From contig JAAILG010000119.1 in NCBI GenBank assembly GCA_012026655.1, positions 62,001-126,000 on the forward strand: DNA of 64,000 bases. The letters are read 5' to 3'. The stretch is from Hydrolagus affinis. Taxonomy: Eukaryota. This document shows positions 1 to 9,322 of the stretch, piece after piece. Every line of letters begins with the position of its first letter. Positions within the stretch are counted from its first letter, which is position 1. Below the pieces are notes generated by a model that made no database searches, had not been told where the DNA came from, and saw nothing but the letters and a program-made list of their open reading frames with translations. The position numbers and the translations under genes are program-made.

Positions 1-19
1 GGTAGAAAAAAAAGCTCAC

Positions 20-126
20 CTTCAAGTCTCTGTGCATGACACCCTTGGAGTGGATATAATTCACCCCTTCCAGCAGCTGGTGGAATATGTTCATGGTAAA
101 ATCTGGATTCACCAGATGAAAGAGAC
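20..126 (-). CDS. EIF2AK1: HRI exon 11 (catalytic loop ...GVNYIHSKGVMHRDLK)
   Basis: ttag|GT...AAG|gtgagc, 107 bp, phase 1->0. Confidence 0.93.
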
Positions 127-312
127 CTAACATGGTTAATGTGTAACATTTTAGCAACAAAGAATAGTGTTAATTAGAACTTTGTTTTCGTCTTTACCTT
201 GAATTTTCACTGTGCACCCAAATACCTATATAGAATAGAAACAGCAGTAGGCCACTCAGCCCATCGAGCCTGTTCCACCATTCTACACGATCATGGATCA
301 AGATCGTACAGC

Positions 313-1380
313 CCTGGAGCTCAGTGGTTAGAGCACTTGCCTGACAAGCAAGAGACCTGGGATCAAATCCCAGTAGGGTGAAATGTTGGGCAAGTTTCCT
401 TACTTCACACAACTCTGTCTAATAGTACAGTTTATCCGGCACCCGCGGGACCTGGTCAATGCCGGTTAAAGTGCCTGCTGGATATTCGGACGGCCCATGG
501 CCGAAAACCCACTACAAAAAAATTAAATTCTTTTAACACACACCATGCACACCAGACTAAGTAATAACAGATAATAACAGAATATTATATAGGTATTTGT
601 TGTTAAAACTACTCTCTTGCTCTTCTCACCTTTACTGATTGAGGTTTACAGTCCAGCGATTCTTTTTTAAATGGAGCCAAGCGGGTGAAAAAAACGGCAA
701 CGCGACTTTAATACCTGCAAGCCGAAGCTAGACTCTACTGGCGGCAACTGAAATACTGCACCTGCGCGACAATGTGGGTTATCGGCTAGCGTTATCGGCT
801 TGCTGCTAGTATGACTTTATGAGTTTAAAGTCATATGCGCTCCGTTTTTTTTACCCGCTCCATTTTAAAAAGAATCGCTGGACTATAAACCTCAACCGCA
901 GCATCATGGCTTCAAGTGCAGCATCTACCAGCAAAGGTAAAATGCGCAAGAGAGTAGTTTTAACAATAAGTACCAATACAATAATCTGTTATTATTTATG
1001 CATTTACAAATGCTCCACTGCTATTGTTCTGGATAAGTTCCAGTTTATCGAATGGGGACTTTTTTTGTGCGTGCCAGTTATATAGAAGTGCCAGTGCATC
1101 GAGTCACGGATAAACAGGCTTCTACTGTAATTAGGAATCCATTTAAGAGTTGATAGGTAGATTAGTGGATTACTTTTCCGGGGGGTAATAATTCCTTCAA
1201 AATAAAATAATAATAAATTGGTCACTTCAATCCATGACTGTTTGTGGGACACTGCTGTGCACAATAGGCGGCTGAGTTTCGCCCACAAAATATATAGTCA
1301 ATTCACTTTGCAATATATTCTGTGAAGCTCTTTGAGACATCTCGAAGATGTGAGAAGGCAAATGCAAGGATTATTATTAT
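313..1380 (+). mobile_element. tRNA-derived SINE (young family) interrupted by a DNA transposon
   Basis: Head gctcagtggttagagcac...gagacctggg at 313-420; body and tail tgtttgtgggacactgctgtg...gcaaggattattatt resume at 1128-1380. Confidence 0.85.
426..1129 (+). mobile_element. Tigger/pogo-derived non-autonomous DNA transposon (MITE-like)
   Basis: TA-flanked; left tacagtttatccg matches right cggataaacaggcttctactgta (CAGT... TIR, left copy with a deletion); residual transposase start MASSAASTSKGKMRKRVVLTI. Confidence 0.75.
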
Positions 1381-1479
1381 GGCTGATCTGTACCTCAAAT
1401 CCAATTACCCACCATTGTCCTGTATCCCTTACTACCCTGATCTAACAAATCTATATCCATATTATGACTTTCTGTTTGT

Positions 1480-1790
1480 AGAGAACTGCAGCAGCAATTT
1501 TGCATGCAACATAGTGATGTACAAATGCACAAGTGAATGACCAAATTAGGATTATTATTTGTTGTTTTTGGTCAGTAGACTCGGAGAAACTCCCTTCTCT
1601 TGTCGAATTATGTCATGATATCTTTAATGTCCATCTGGAGAATAAAGATCTCAAATGAATGGCAGAACCTACAGCATTGCAGCTTTTGGGAGTGTCAGCC
1701 TAAATTGTGAACCTAACGCCCAAAGTGGAACTTGAACCTATGACCCTCTGTCCCACATGGTGATCGTTCCGGTAACTGAACAAGGCACTG
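1480..1790 (-). mobile_element. Old DeuSINE-like element
   Basis: Reverse match to the element at 12252-12680 (gagtgtcagccta...cttgaacctatgacc). Confidence 0.5.
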
Positions 1791-1934
1791 AATACATAGT
1801 TTAAGTAGTTTCAGCGCCTTGGGACGTCCTCCCAACGTGAAAGGCACTCTATAAATGTAATTGTGTTGTTGTTGTTTAAGTAACAATTTTGTAATGTTGC
1901 ACAAAAATAACTAAACAAAGAAAATTAAACTCAC

Positions 1935-2043
1935 GGGTGAATGACATTCTCTCCCTCTGCCTGGTGTTCCTTTCCATAATCCAGTCCTGCAGCGATTCTT
2001 CACACAGTTGCATTTGTATGTATAGCACAAGATGAAAATTTAC
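1935..2043 (-). CDS. EIF2AK1: HRI exon 10 ([26 protein letters not shown]...)
   Basis: atag|GTA...ACC C|gtgagt, 109 bp; kinase subdomain V motif of eIF2a kinases. Confidence 0.93.
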
Positions 2044-2519
2044 CTATAAAAAACTCATTTTAAGTTTGCATTTCTCATCTTTACTGTTCTTTTTCTTTCC
2101 TCAATGTTGATGCCAATTTCTGGTGTTGGTACAGTCCCAAATTTTACTACACCATCTTTTTGGAAAAATGTTCTGAACGGTTGCTTAGTCAGCAAAAAAA
2201 AATCTATGCTGAATTTAAGCCAAGGTAGAAGCAGGGGTGTGATAATTGCTCTCAACATTTGCGAAGTTTTGAACCAGATGGTGAGGTGGATTATGCTAAA
2301 AGGGCTAGAGAGGGTGGGAGGGCTAGGGTTAGCCAAAGTCAGCTTCATGAGCAGGGTCGCCTCCTTGCGAAAGCCCTTCACTTGAATTGAGCAATAACAA
2401 CAACTTGGATTTATATAGCGCCCCCACAAAGGGCGTCTCAGAGCGCTTCCCAACAAAGGATCCCGGGGCTGAGCCAGCGGGAGGGAGAAGAAGGTGACCG
2501 AAAGCGCGGTCAAAAAGAG

Positions 2520-2660
2520 GCTGCCTGGCAGTCCTTAAACTGCTGTCATCACCCCTATCCTCAAAAAACCTTCCCTAGATCCCTCAAACCCTAGCCATCA
2601 CCTCCCTATCTCAAACTTGCCTTTCATTGCAAAAGTCCTAGAACGTGTTGTTGCCAAGCA
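2520..2660 (+). mobile_element. L2 LINE ORF2 fragment
   Basis: Encodes AVITPILKKPSLDPSNP..PISNLPFIAKVLERVVAKQ, the typical L2/CR1 RT-proximal motif. Confidence 0.7.
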
Positions 2661-2800
2661 GTGAGTTAGTACAGAGTAAACCTGGCACATGGCATTTAGC
2701 TCCAAGAGTTACTACAGGTATGAAATGAAGAAACCAAATAATAGAATGCAGAAAAGCGATAGAAAAGCAAAAGAAAAAAACTTTTAAGTTTCCTCCATAC

Positions 2801-3248
2801 CTCTGATTCTGTCCAAAACAAGTCATCCTCTGAAGAACTGCTGTTCGTGGAGGAAGAATGATTAGCAAGCCCTTCTCTCATGTCGCCGGTCTCCTCCCAT
2901 TCCTGGCAGCAATCCTCAACCTCCCTGACCTCCGAAGAGGGCGCTGGTTGGCAGCCAGACTGTTCTAGTGGGGAGCTTGCACCCATGCAACTGCCCCTGG
3001 TAACCTTACGCACCAGCCCTCTCTCTGAACAAAACACAGAAGAGTTCATTTTGAAAGAATTCCCTGACACACGAGGAGCCAGCAATTCACAGAGAGGCTG
3101 GTTTGCAGCAGGTGACCCATTGCTCTGGATATCCTTATTTAGAATGTTCCCATCACTTCCATTCGCCTCCACCGCTCTGGCCACAGAACCGCTGTCGGCA
3201 AAAACAATGCTGGAGCCACCGCTCCCCGTCTTCTGAACATTGCTGTCT
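2801..3248 (-). CDS. EIF2AK1: HRI exon 9 (Ser-rich kinase insert)
   Basis: gcag|A GAC...GAG|gtatgg, 448 bp; lies in ORF 2696-3259; SSIVFA resembles human SSIIFA. Confidence 0.85.
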
Positions 3249-3578
3249 CTGCACAACACAAATAGATCCTTAACACATGACAGAAAAGAAATTGAATCTC
3301 AACTTGCAGACAGGAAATAAAATATTTCCTAAAACAAAGAAACAGATTGAGCTTGAACAACATCTAAACAAAAATTACGTTTATCTTTAAATCCCATATC
3401 ATGATATCTCCTTGACTGTAGCCATACGAGCAAGTTAATAGTCACACCACAGAATACCCTCTGAGGTGCTTTGAGATACTCTGCCCCAACTGAAAGATGC
3501 CATATTAAGCGCTGGAATTATTATTATTATACTTCCCATCTCTCTATTAACAAAGGATTTCAGTAACACAGCTCTTAC

Positions 3579-3633
3579 ATTTGGTGTAGTTGACCGAATG
3601 GACCCACGAGTGCACGCAGAGCCACTTGATTGC
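3579..3633 (-). CDS. EIF2AK1: HRI exon 8 (start of kinase insert)
   Basis: ttag|GC...AT|gtaaga, 55 bp; phase 1->2 bridges exons 7 and 9; sequence similarity is weak. Confidence 0.7.
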
Positions 3634-3728
3634 CTAAAGGGTGCAAACATTGAGGAAAACAAAATGAGTTGACTTGTGCCAGAATGGGAAAAAATTCTTC
3701 AAGTGACAGAGCTGGGTTGCAGCTATAC

Positions 3729-3831
3729 CTGTCAGGGCAGGTTGGAACTGTACATGCTCCATCCAGGCAGTGTGGTAGCCCACTATGTTGCAATGTTGAA
3801 GACCAGCCAGAACTTTAACTTCTCGGAGGAC
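3729..3831 (-). CDS. EIF2AK1: HRI exon 7 ([28 protein letters not shown])
   Basis: ttag|GTC...G|gtatag, 103 bp; alphaC glutamate. Confidence 0.93.
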
Positions 3832-3989
3832 CTAAAACAGAACACCAGAGAACACCAACTGAACAACTGAGACATCAAGCTTCCCATTGTCTTAAGCCTC
3901 AACAACACGGCACAGTTCTGAAAAATTCAAAAATCCAATCTTAATTGAAAAGTTCTTGGGCTGCCAATCCCAGCCAAAGCTTTTGTGGT

Positions 3990-4290
3990 TTTAGACCCGA
4001 ACTGGGGTCGGAGACTGGGAGGGTGGAGGGAAAGAGGAGGATTTGGGGTGACCGATGGGACCGTCAAAAAGGAGGATCTGGTGGCGGGACTTGAAGGAGG
4101 CCAGGAAGGGGGCGAGGCGGAGGGACTGCGGCTGAGTTCCAGAGGTTGGGGACAGAGTGGCTGAAGGCTCACCCGCCAATTAAGCGGGGGACGTGGAGCA
4201 GGCCGGAGCTGCTGAGCGAGGGGGCGGGCAGGCAGATTGGTAGCGGGTTAGGAGGCCGCAGATGTGGAGTGAGGCCGTGGAAAGCTTTGA
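3990..4290 (-). mobile_element. L2 LINE 3' fragment
   Basis: Reverse match to 34295-34625 (gagccttcagc.actctg.ccccaacctctggaactc). Confidence 0.7.
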
Positions 4291-4379
4291 AAGTGATTTT
4301 TAAACGATTTTAACCTTGTAACTGATCATTTTCATGCATAAAATACTGATTGCCACTTCAGCAGATAACATTTCCGTAC

Positions 4380-4460
4380 CTTCATACAGTCGTATCTTGT
4401 AACCTTCATCATGAGAATCTTTTTCACCGCATAGAATTGTCCATCCAATTTATTCCTAAC
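4380..4460 (-). CDS. EIF2AK1: HRI exon 6 ([27 protein letters not shown])
   Basis: gcag|GTT...AAG|gtacgg, 81 bp; catalytic lysine. Confidence 0.95.
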
Positions 4461-4927
4461 CTGCAAGATTCAATATTTTAATATCAATGGGGTTTTAGCA
4501 TAGTTAGAGCGAAAGGAATGAATGCTTCTCATACACTAATAATAGCAAGTGAAATCCTCCTTATAATGATCAACACCTACTGTGATCCTGAAGTTGTGAC
4601 ATGAAAGTTACTATACAAATGTAATTTTGTGGTTGTTGATGGAGTACCAGTTTGTAATGCTGTTTGTGTATCTTCAGGTCTACATTGATATTTCTCAAAG
4701 TAATGCAGACCTGAAGTGCTTGGGATCAACCTCCTTTTCCACTGAGTAGCAACAGAGGAGCTGGAGCAGCTCCATTGTGCTTAATAGAAATTTTCCGCAC
4801 AGAAGCTGGCTATTTGACCCATTGTCACATGCTAATCACCCTTTATTTTATTAATCCCACTTTCCACTGCTTTTCAACATATTCTTTAATCTTTTTATAG
4901 AGCTGATCCACTATTGAACAAGTCTAT

Positions 4928-5210
4928 TCATAGAATCATACAGCACAGAAGGAGGCCATTCGGACATTGTGCCTGTGCTGGCACCGAAAAGGGCAATTCA
5001 ACTCAATCGCACTGGCCCGCTATCTCTCTATAGCCCTGCAATCTTGTCCTCCCCAAATACCCATCTACTTCTCTCTTAAAAGTTGTTATTGAATCAGCTT
5101 CCACTACCCTCTCAGGTAATGCATTCCAGATCCGAACAATTTGCTGTGTGAATTTTTTTTTCCTTAAACTCCCCTCTGTTTCTTTTAACAACTATCTTAA
5201 ATCGGTGATC
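4928..5210 (-). mobile_element. CR1 LINE 3' end
   Basis: Encodes FTQQIVRIWNALPERVVEADSITTFKREVDGYL (CR1 ORF2 C-terminus); (attctatg) tail. Confidence 0.85.
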
Positions 5211-5550
5211 CAACTTCAATACCCAAATGTGGTAGCAAATTCTTTGTTGATGAGGCGTGACAGAAAACAGTCACTATCTGGCAACACTAATTAAGGCAAC
5301 CTGGATATTAACTTTAATTAGATGATATGCAAAATAAACATCTACTGAAATGTTGTATTGGAGGTCACTCCACCCTAGCAGAAGTGAATAGAAGTGAATA
5401 GAAATGTCTCTAGAAGGGCAGAGAAAATGAGTTTGGGTTGAAAGAAAACTGTCTAAATGTGGCGTAAACTTACTAAGGAATCATATTTTCAACGCTTTGA
5501 CACCAATCATAATTAGCATGTGCAGGTCTGAGAGACAGGGGACAACTTAC

Positions 5551-5650
5551 CTTGTATACCTTACCGTAGCCCCCTTTTCCCAGTCTACTGACTTCTTCGA
5601 ATTCGCTCATGTACCTAGATGGCTGCCCTTGGAAGAGATTTTCTTTCATC
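5551..5650 (-). CDS. EIF2AK1: HRI exon 5 (Gly-rich loop [11 protein letters not shown])
   Basis: gcag|G...AAG|gtaagt, 100 bp. Confidence 0.95.
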
Positions 5651-5751
5651 CTGCAGGGAGAAAGGCAACATCAAAAAACAATTCTTCACTGAACACTTAA
5701 ATCGGCCTGAATGATTAAAGCATCAATAGGGTTGTTTGAATACACGCATAC

Positions 5752-5792
5752 CTGTTGACACAAGCTGTAGAGGCATCCCTACTAATGTTGTC
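5752..5792 (-). CDS. EIF2AK1: HRI exon 4 (DNISRDASTACVNR)
   Basis: Polypyrimidine tract + ttag|GAC...AG|gtatgc, 41 bp; supplies the required phase 0->2. Confidence 0.8.
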
Positions 5793-5895
5793 CTAAAAGT
5801 GGAAAGAAAATATACAATTCAAAACATTGTCCATGCTTTGTTGAAGAAGTTATAGAGTGCAATTTGTTGCACAATCGATTCATGTCAACACTCAC

Positions 5896-6032
5896 CTGGT
5901 TGTGCAAACCATCTTGTGCTGCCAGTAGTAGATTATTAAAGGCTTGATTGTGCTGCAGCCTCACAGTACTGAACTCATCACTGAAGGTGATTGGGGAAAT
6001 CAAATGCATTCCAGCCAACTTCTGGCAGAGCA
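5896..6032 (-). CDS. EIF2AK1: HRI exon 3 (LCQKLAGMHLISPITFSDEFSTVRLQHNQAF...)
   Basis: gcag|TG...CAG|gtgagt, 137 bp. Confidence 0.92.
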
Positions 6033-6396
6033 CTGCAACAAAACGTTAGATGTCGGCGGAAATGTTAAAAACAAATATGATTTTTTTTTGCCATAGTTGC
6101 CGAACAATCTAACAATCACACTTGTTCAGTTGTGTTTCAGATTCTTCAGCTGAACCCATGACACTCCTGGTTTGGGTAGCTCAGTACCACATTGGGCAAT
6201 GGCTTCACCTACTGAACCATCAGCAAAACTTCAACAGCCAAATCTTCACTCCTTTTCACTAAATAAGGTTACTCAGCCTATAAAGTTTTGCTTAAGCCTT
6301 TAATTCACATGCTTGTAATGTGATTTCAATTCTCCTTGCGTGCAATTTTTTTTTAAAAAAAACTTTACCAGCAATGTATTTGCCTAAGTCACTTAC

Positions 6397-6564
6397 GTTT
6401 AAAGAGGCAGATTGACCGCTCGGGGCAATGCTCGTAAACTAAGCAGAGGCGTTCCAACAGCGAGACCAGCAACAGCTGATTAGGTATTACAGCAGTGAAG
6501 TCCATCAACCCTGGAACTCTTTGGTTACATCTCACCAAACTTAACTCCTCAGACAAATCAGATT
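6397..6564 (-). CDS. EIF2AK1: HRI exon 2 (ESD...IPNQLLLVSLLERLCLVYEHCPERSICLFK)
   Basis: gcag|AA...C|gtaagt, 168 bp; HRI N-terminal domain motif. Confidence 0.92.
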
Positions 6565-7134
6565 CTGCAATCATCAAAACAGTGCACTGAAATACAACAA
6601 CAGCAAAATGACATTTATAGAGTGCCTTTCACGTCGGGAGAACTTCCCAAGGCACTGGGGAATACCAATCAAACCTCTTAATAGAGCTTTTTCACAAGCT
6701 GTACAGCAAATTACAAATGAATGATTGTCTTTTTTTTCCCACATCTATAACTTCAAAACATTTTTAAACCTTACATAAATTTCAACACAACACAAAAAGC
6801 TGCAAGTTATTCCTCTCAGCACCATGAGAAGTCCTCCGGACATGAAAGGTGCTTTATAAATAATTTTGTTGGTGTTGTTATAGCGTCTTCCATGCAGGGT
6901 AGCATCTCAAGAGTGCTTAACCTGACTCAGCCGGGATGGGAGAGGGAGAGACAAGTGGTTGTAGGCAAACATATTTTAATTAAATTTTGCAGGCAAACTT
7001 GTATTTTACACCTCCCTTCTAGATGTTGACTCATCCTAGGGTACGGGTTCCTGATCTTGATCTCACCCAAAAGCAATATGTGCACTTTCCATTAGGTAGA
7101 TATCTTAATGGTAATCAAGAGTGGGACATTGAGG

Positions 7135-7332
7135 AACTCCCTCCTCACTCCCTTCGCCTCTACCCCTCTCTTCCCAGTTTCAGGTCTCAGTTAAAGACCT
7201 TTCTCTTCGACCGCGCTTTCGGTCACCTTTCTCTCCCTATCTCTGGCTCGCCCCTGGGATCCTTTATTGTGAAGCGCTCTGAGACACCGTCCGGTATGGA
7301 GGGCACTATATAAATCGAAGTTGTTGTTGTTG
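7135..7332 (+). mobile_element. L2 3' tail
   Basis: SFRSQLKTFLF motif, then gaagcgctctgagac...gcactatataaat...(ttg)n. Confidence 0.7.
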
Positions 7333-8589
7333 GTAAGTGCAAGTTGTTGTAAAATCCACAGTCACTCTAAAGTAAATTCTGGGAAAGGTTTTGGGACATC
7401 ACCAGATATGAAAGATGCTAATATCAAATACAAGGATCATTATTTTTTTGTAAACACACCGACAGCTTTTTATCGACGCTACAGTGTACAGTCACGGAGA
7501 GCGATGTGACATTAGGGCGCTCTCCCATGCCACTGAATCTGATCCTGAATTCTTAGTAATCCTGCAATTTGTCAGAGAGCCAGGCATATGGTGGCCAAAC
7601 ACATAGGAAGACCATAACAATATGGCAAGGAAGCGTTGATATCTGAAAATGAGATATGTAAAAGAATATATGAAAAAGGGCAGGAAAATAGGACTGAATA
7701 GAGAGAGAACCAGCCCTGGTCCGGGGAGCTAAATGCCCTCCTTCACTGTAAATTTCTGCCTCTGCATAAACTTCTATGTCTCTCTACAGTACTGTATTGA
7801 ACTCTTTAAATAGCCAATGAGTACTTTGCCGAATCAGCACCTTTGGGAGAAGGGAGCGGAGCCACAGGAGACAAGCACAGTATGGTCTGAACATTTCCAG
7901 AACATTCTGGAATGAAGTTTGAACCAGAAGTGTGAAAGGCAGCACTACATTTTTGCATAATATTTGCTTTTCAAGTGTCAACCTGCGGCGGTCTGTACAA
8001 ACTCTCAATCCAGCAACGTCGAGGCCCTCCCTGTGCCGCTGACTGGCAGACTTTCCCAGACCATCCTCACTCTGCCTGGGGTCGCGCTCAATACGAGTGT
8101 CAGTGTCAAGACAGGCACATTGTAGTCAAAACACAGACACCGTGAAGGATCCTCAATCCTCACTATCCCAGTACCGTACTGTAACTCACAACAAAACCCT
8201 TTCAATAAACATCCCAGACACCAGCTGCGGCCATGCCTGACTCCCCCCCCACCCCCTCTCTCCCTCGGTACAGTGATAGTACAGTACACAACAACAAATC
8301 ACGCTTACACATTACGCATTGGAGCCGAGGGTGGGAATCAAAGGGGGGGGGGGGCGGGGGGGTGGGAGTGAAAGCGGCGGGGGAGAACGGTCCGGAGACA
8401 AGCCTTTGAAGGGGGCGACGCGGAGGAATTTCAGGGATGGATTATTTCACCCACAAAATCTACACGGTTACTGGACAGTCCATTCTGTGAAGTACTTTGA
8501 GACATTACAACGACATAACACGCATGGTTTGATTATTATTATGGTGATGATGATGATGGAATTTGTACAGTTAAAAACCCAGGGCTTAC

Positions 8590-8746
8590 CGTCCAGTGTG
8601 GCCTCTGTCTCCTGTGGGAAGCTAATGGCCAGTTTCACTCGGGGATTTCTCACTTTCTGCTTCATTCCCGCGCTCTGATCTCCCAGCCAGTCTGGGCCCG
8701 GGCCTGAGCCTGGGCCTTGGCAGCCCGGCACCGCCTGGCTCAACAT
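8590..8746 (-). CDS. EIF2AK1: HRI exon 1 coding part (alternative start ATG at 8665)
   Basis: ATG at 8746; AISFPQE resembles human AIDFPAE; donor G|gtaagc, phase 1. Confidence 0.8.
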
Positions 8747-9279
8747 CGGTCACCACCAGCCCCGGAGCCGCTCTTCCCTCACTGTCATTTGCCGCTTTTT
8801 AATAAGAAAAACACACACACACCTGCCTCCCCGGAAACTCCAGTGCGGAACTGTGCTGGGGGAGGAGGGGGGAGGGCAGGGTAACTCAATAGGAAGAGAG
8901 CAAGTCCAGATCCCGCCCACTCCACACCAGCGCTCAGACTGACTCCCGCTCCCTCGCCCGGCTCCTGCCACTTGGGGCCACGACGCCATCCACACCCTCG
9001 CGGTTCCCACAGCACGACCCTCAGGCTGCCCGGACAACATCATTTCACCGTTTAAGCCACGAGACTCTGTTTTCAATACAATTGTCAATGTTCCTCCCCC
9101 CCGGGGGTGGCGCTGTTTCTCCCTATCTCTGTGTCGCTCTCTTCTCTGCCGCCGCCGCCGCCTCGGTGATAGCGCTATTTGTCTCTTGTACTGTATGTCA
9201 CTCTCCTCCTCCCTCCCCCCCCCGCTGGTGGCGCTGTATCGCCCTGTACTGTCTGTCACTCTCCTCCTCCCTCCGCTGG

Positions 9280-9322
9280 TGGCGCTGTTGCAGGTTTTCG
9301 CGTGCGGCAGTGGGAGGAGAAG
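9280..9322 (+). other. USP42: Candidate non-coding exon 1 of USP42 (5' end unknown)
   Basis: Strong donor GAAG|gtgagt at 9322/9323 inside the CpG island; another possible donor lies near 9491-9495. Confidence 0.45.

Larger units (their letters stand above)
230..1460 (-). mobile_element. CR1-type LINE 3' tail, split by the SINE/MITE insertion (parts about 230-310 and 1380-1460)
   Basis: atagaa...gtaggccactcagcccatcgagcctg...gatcatgg resumes as atggctgatctgtacctc; resembles other CR1 tails in the window. Confidence 0.55.
20..8746 (-). other. EIF2AK1: EIF2AK1/HRI gene span (exons 1-11; 3' part lies beyond the left edge)
   Basis: Spliced translation gives [76 protein letters not shown], a kinase insert, LYIQMQLC and HRDLK. 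Head-to-head with USP42, as in human 7p22. Confidence 0.95.

Noticed and set aside
5752-5778. 27-bp version of HRI exon 4
   Set aside because: Wrong phase for exon 5; the 41-bp version has the polypyrimidine tract and keeps the frame.
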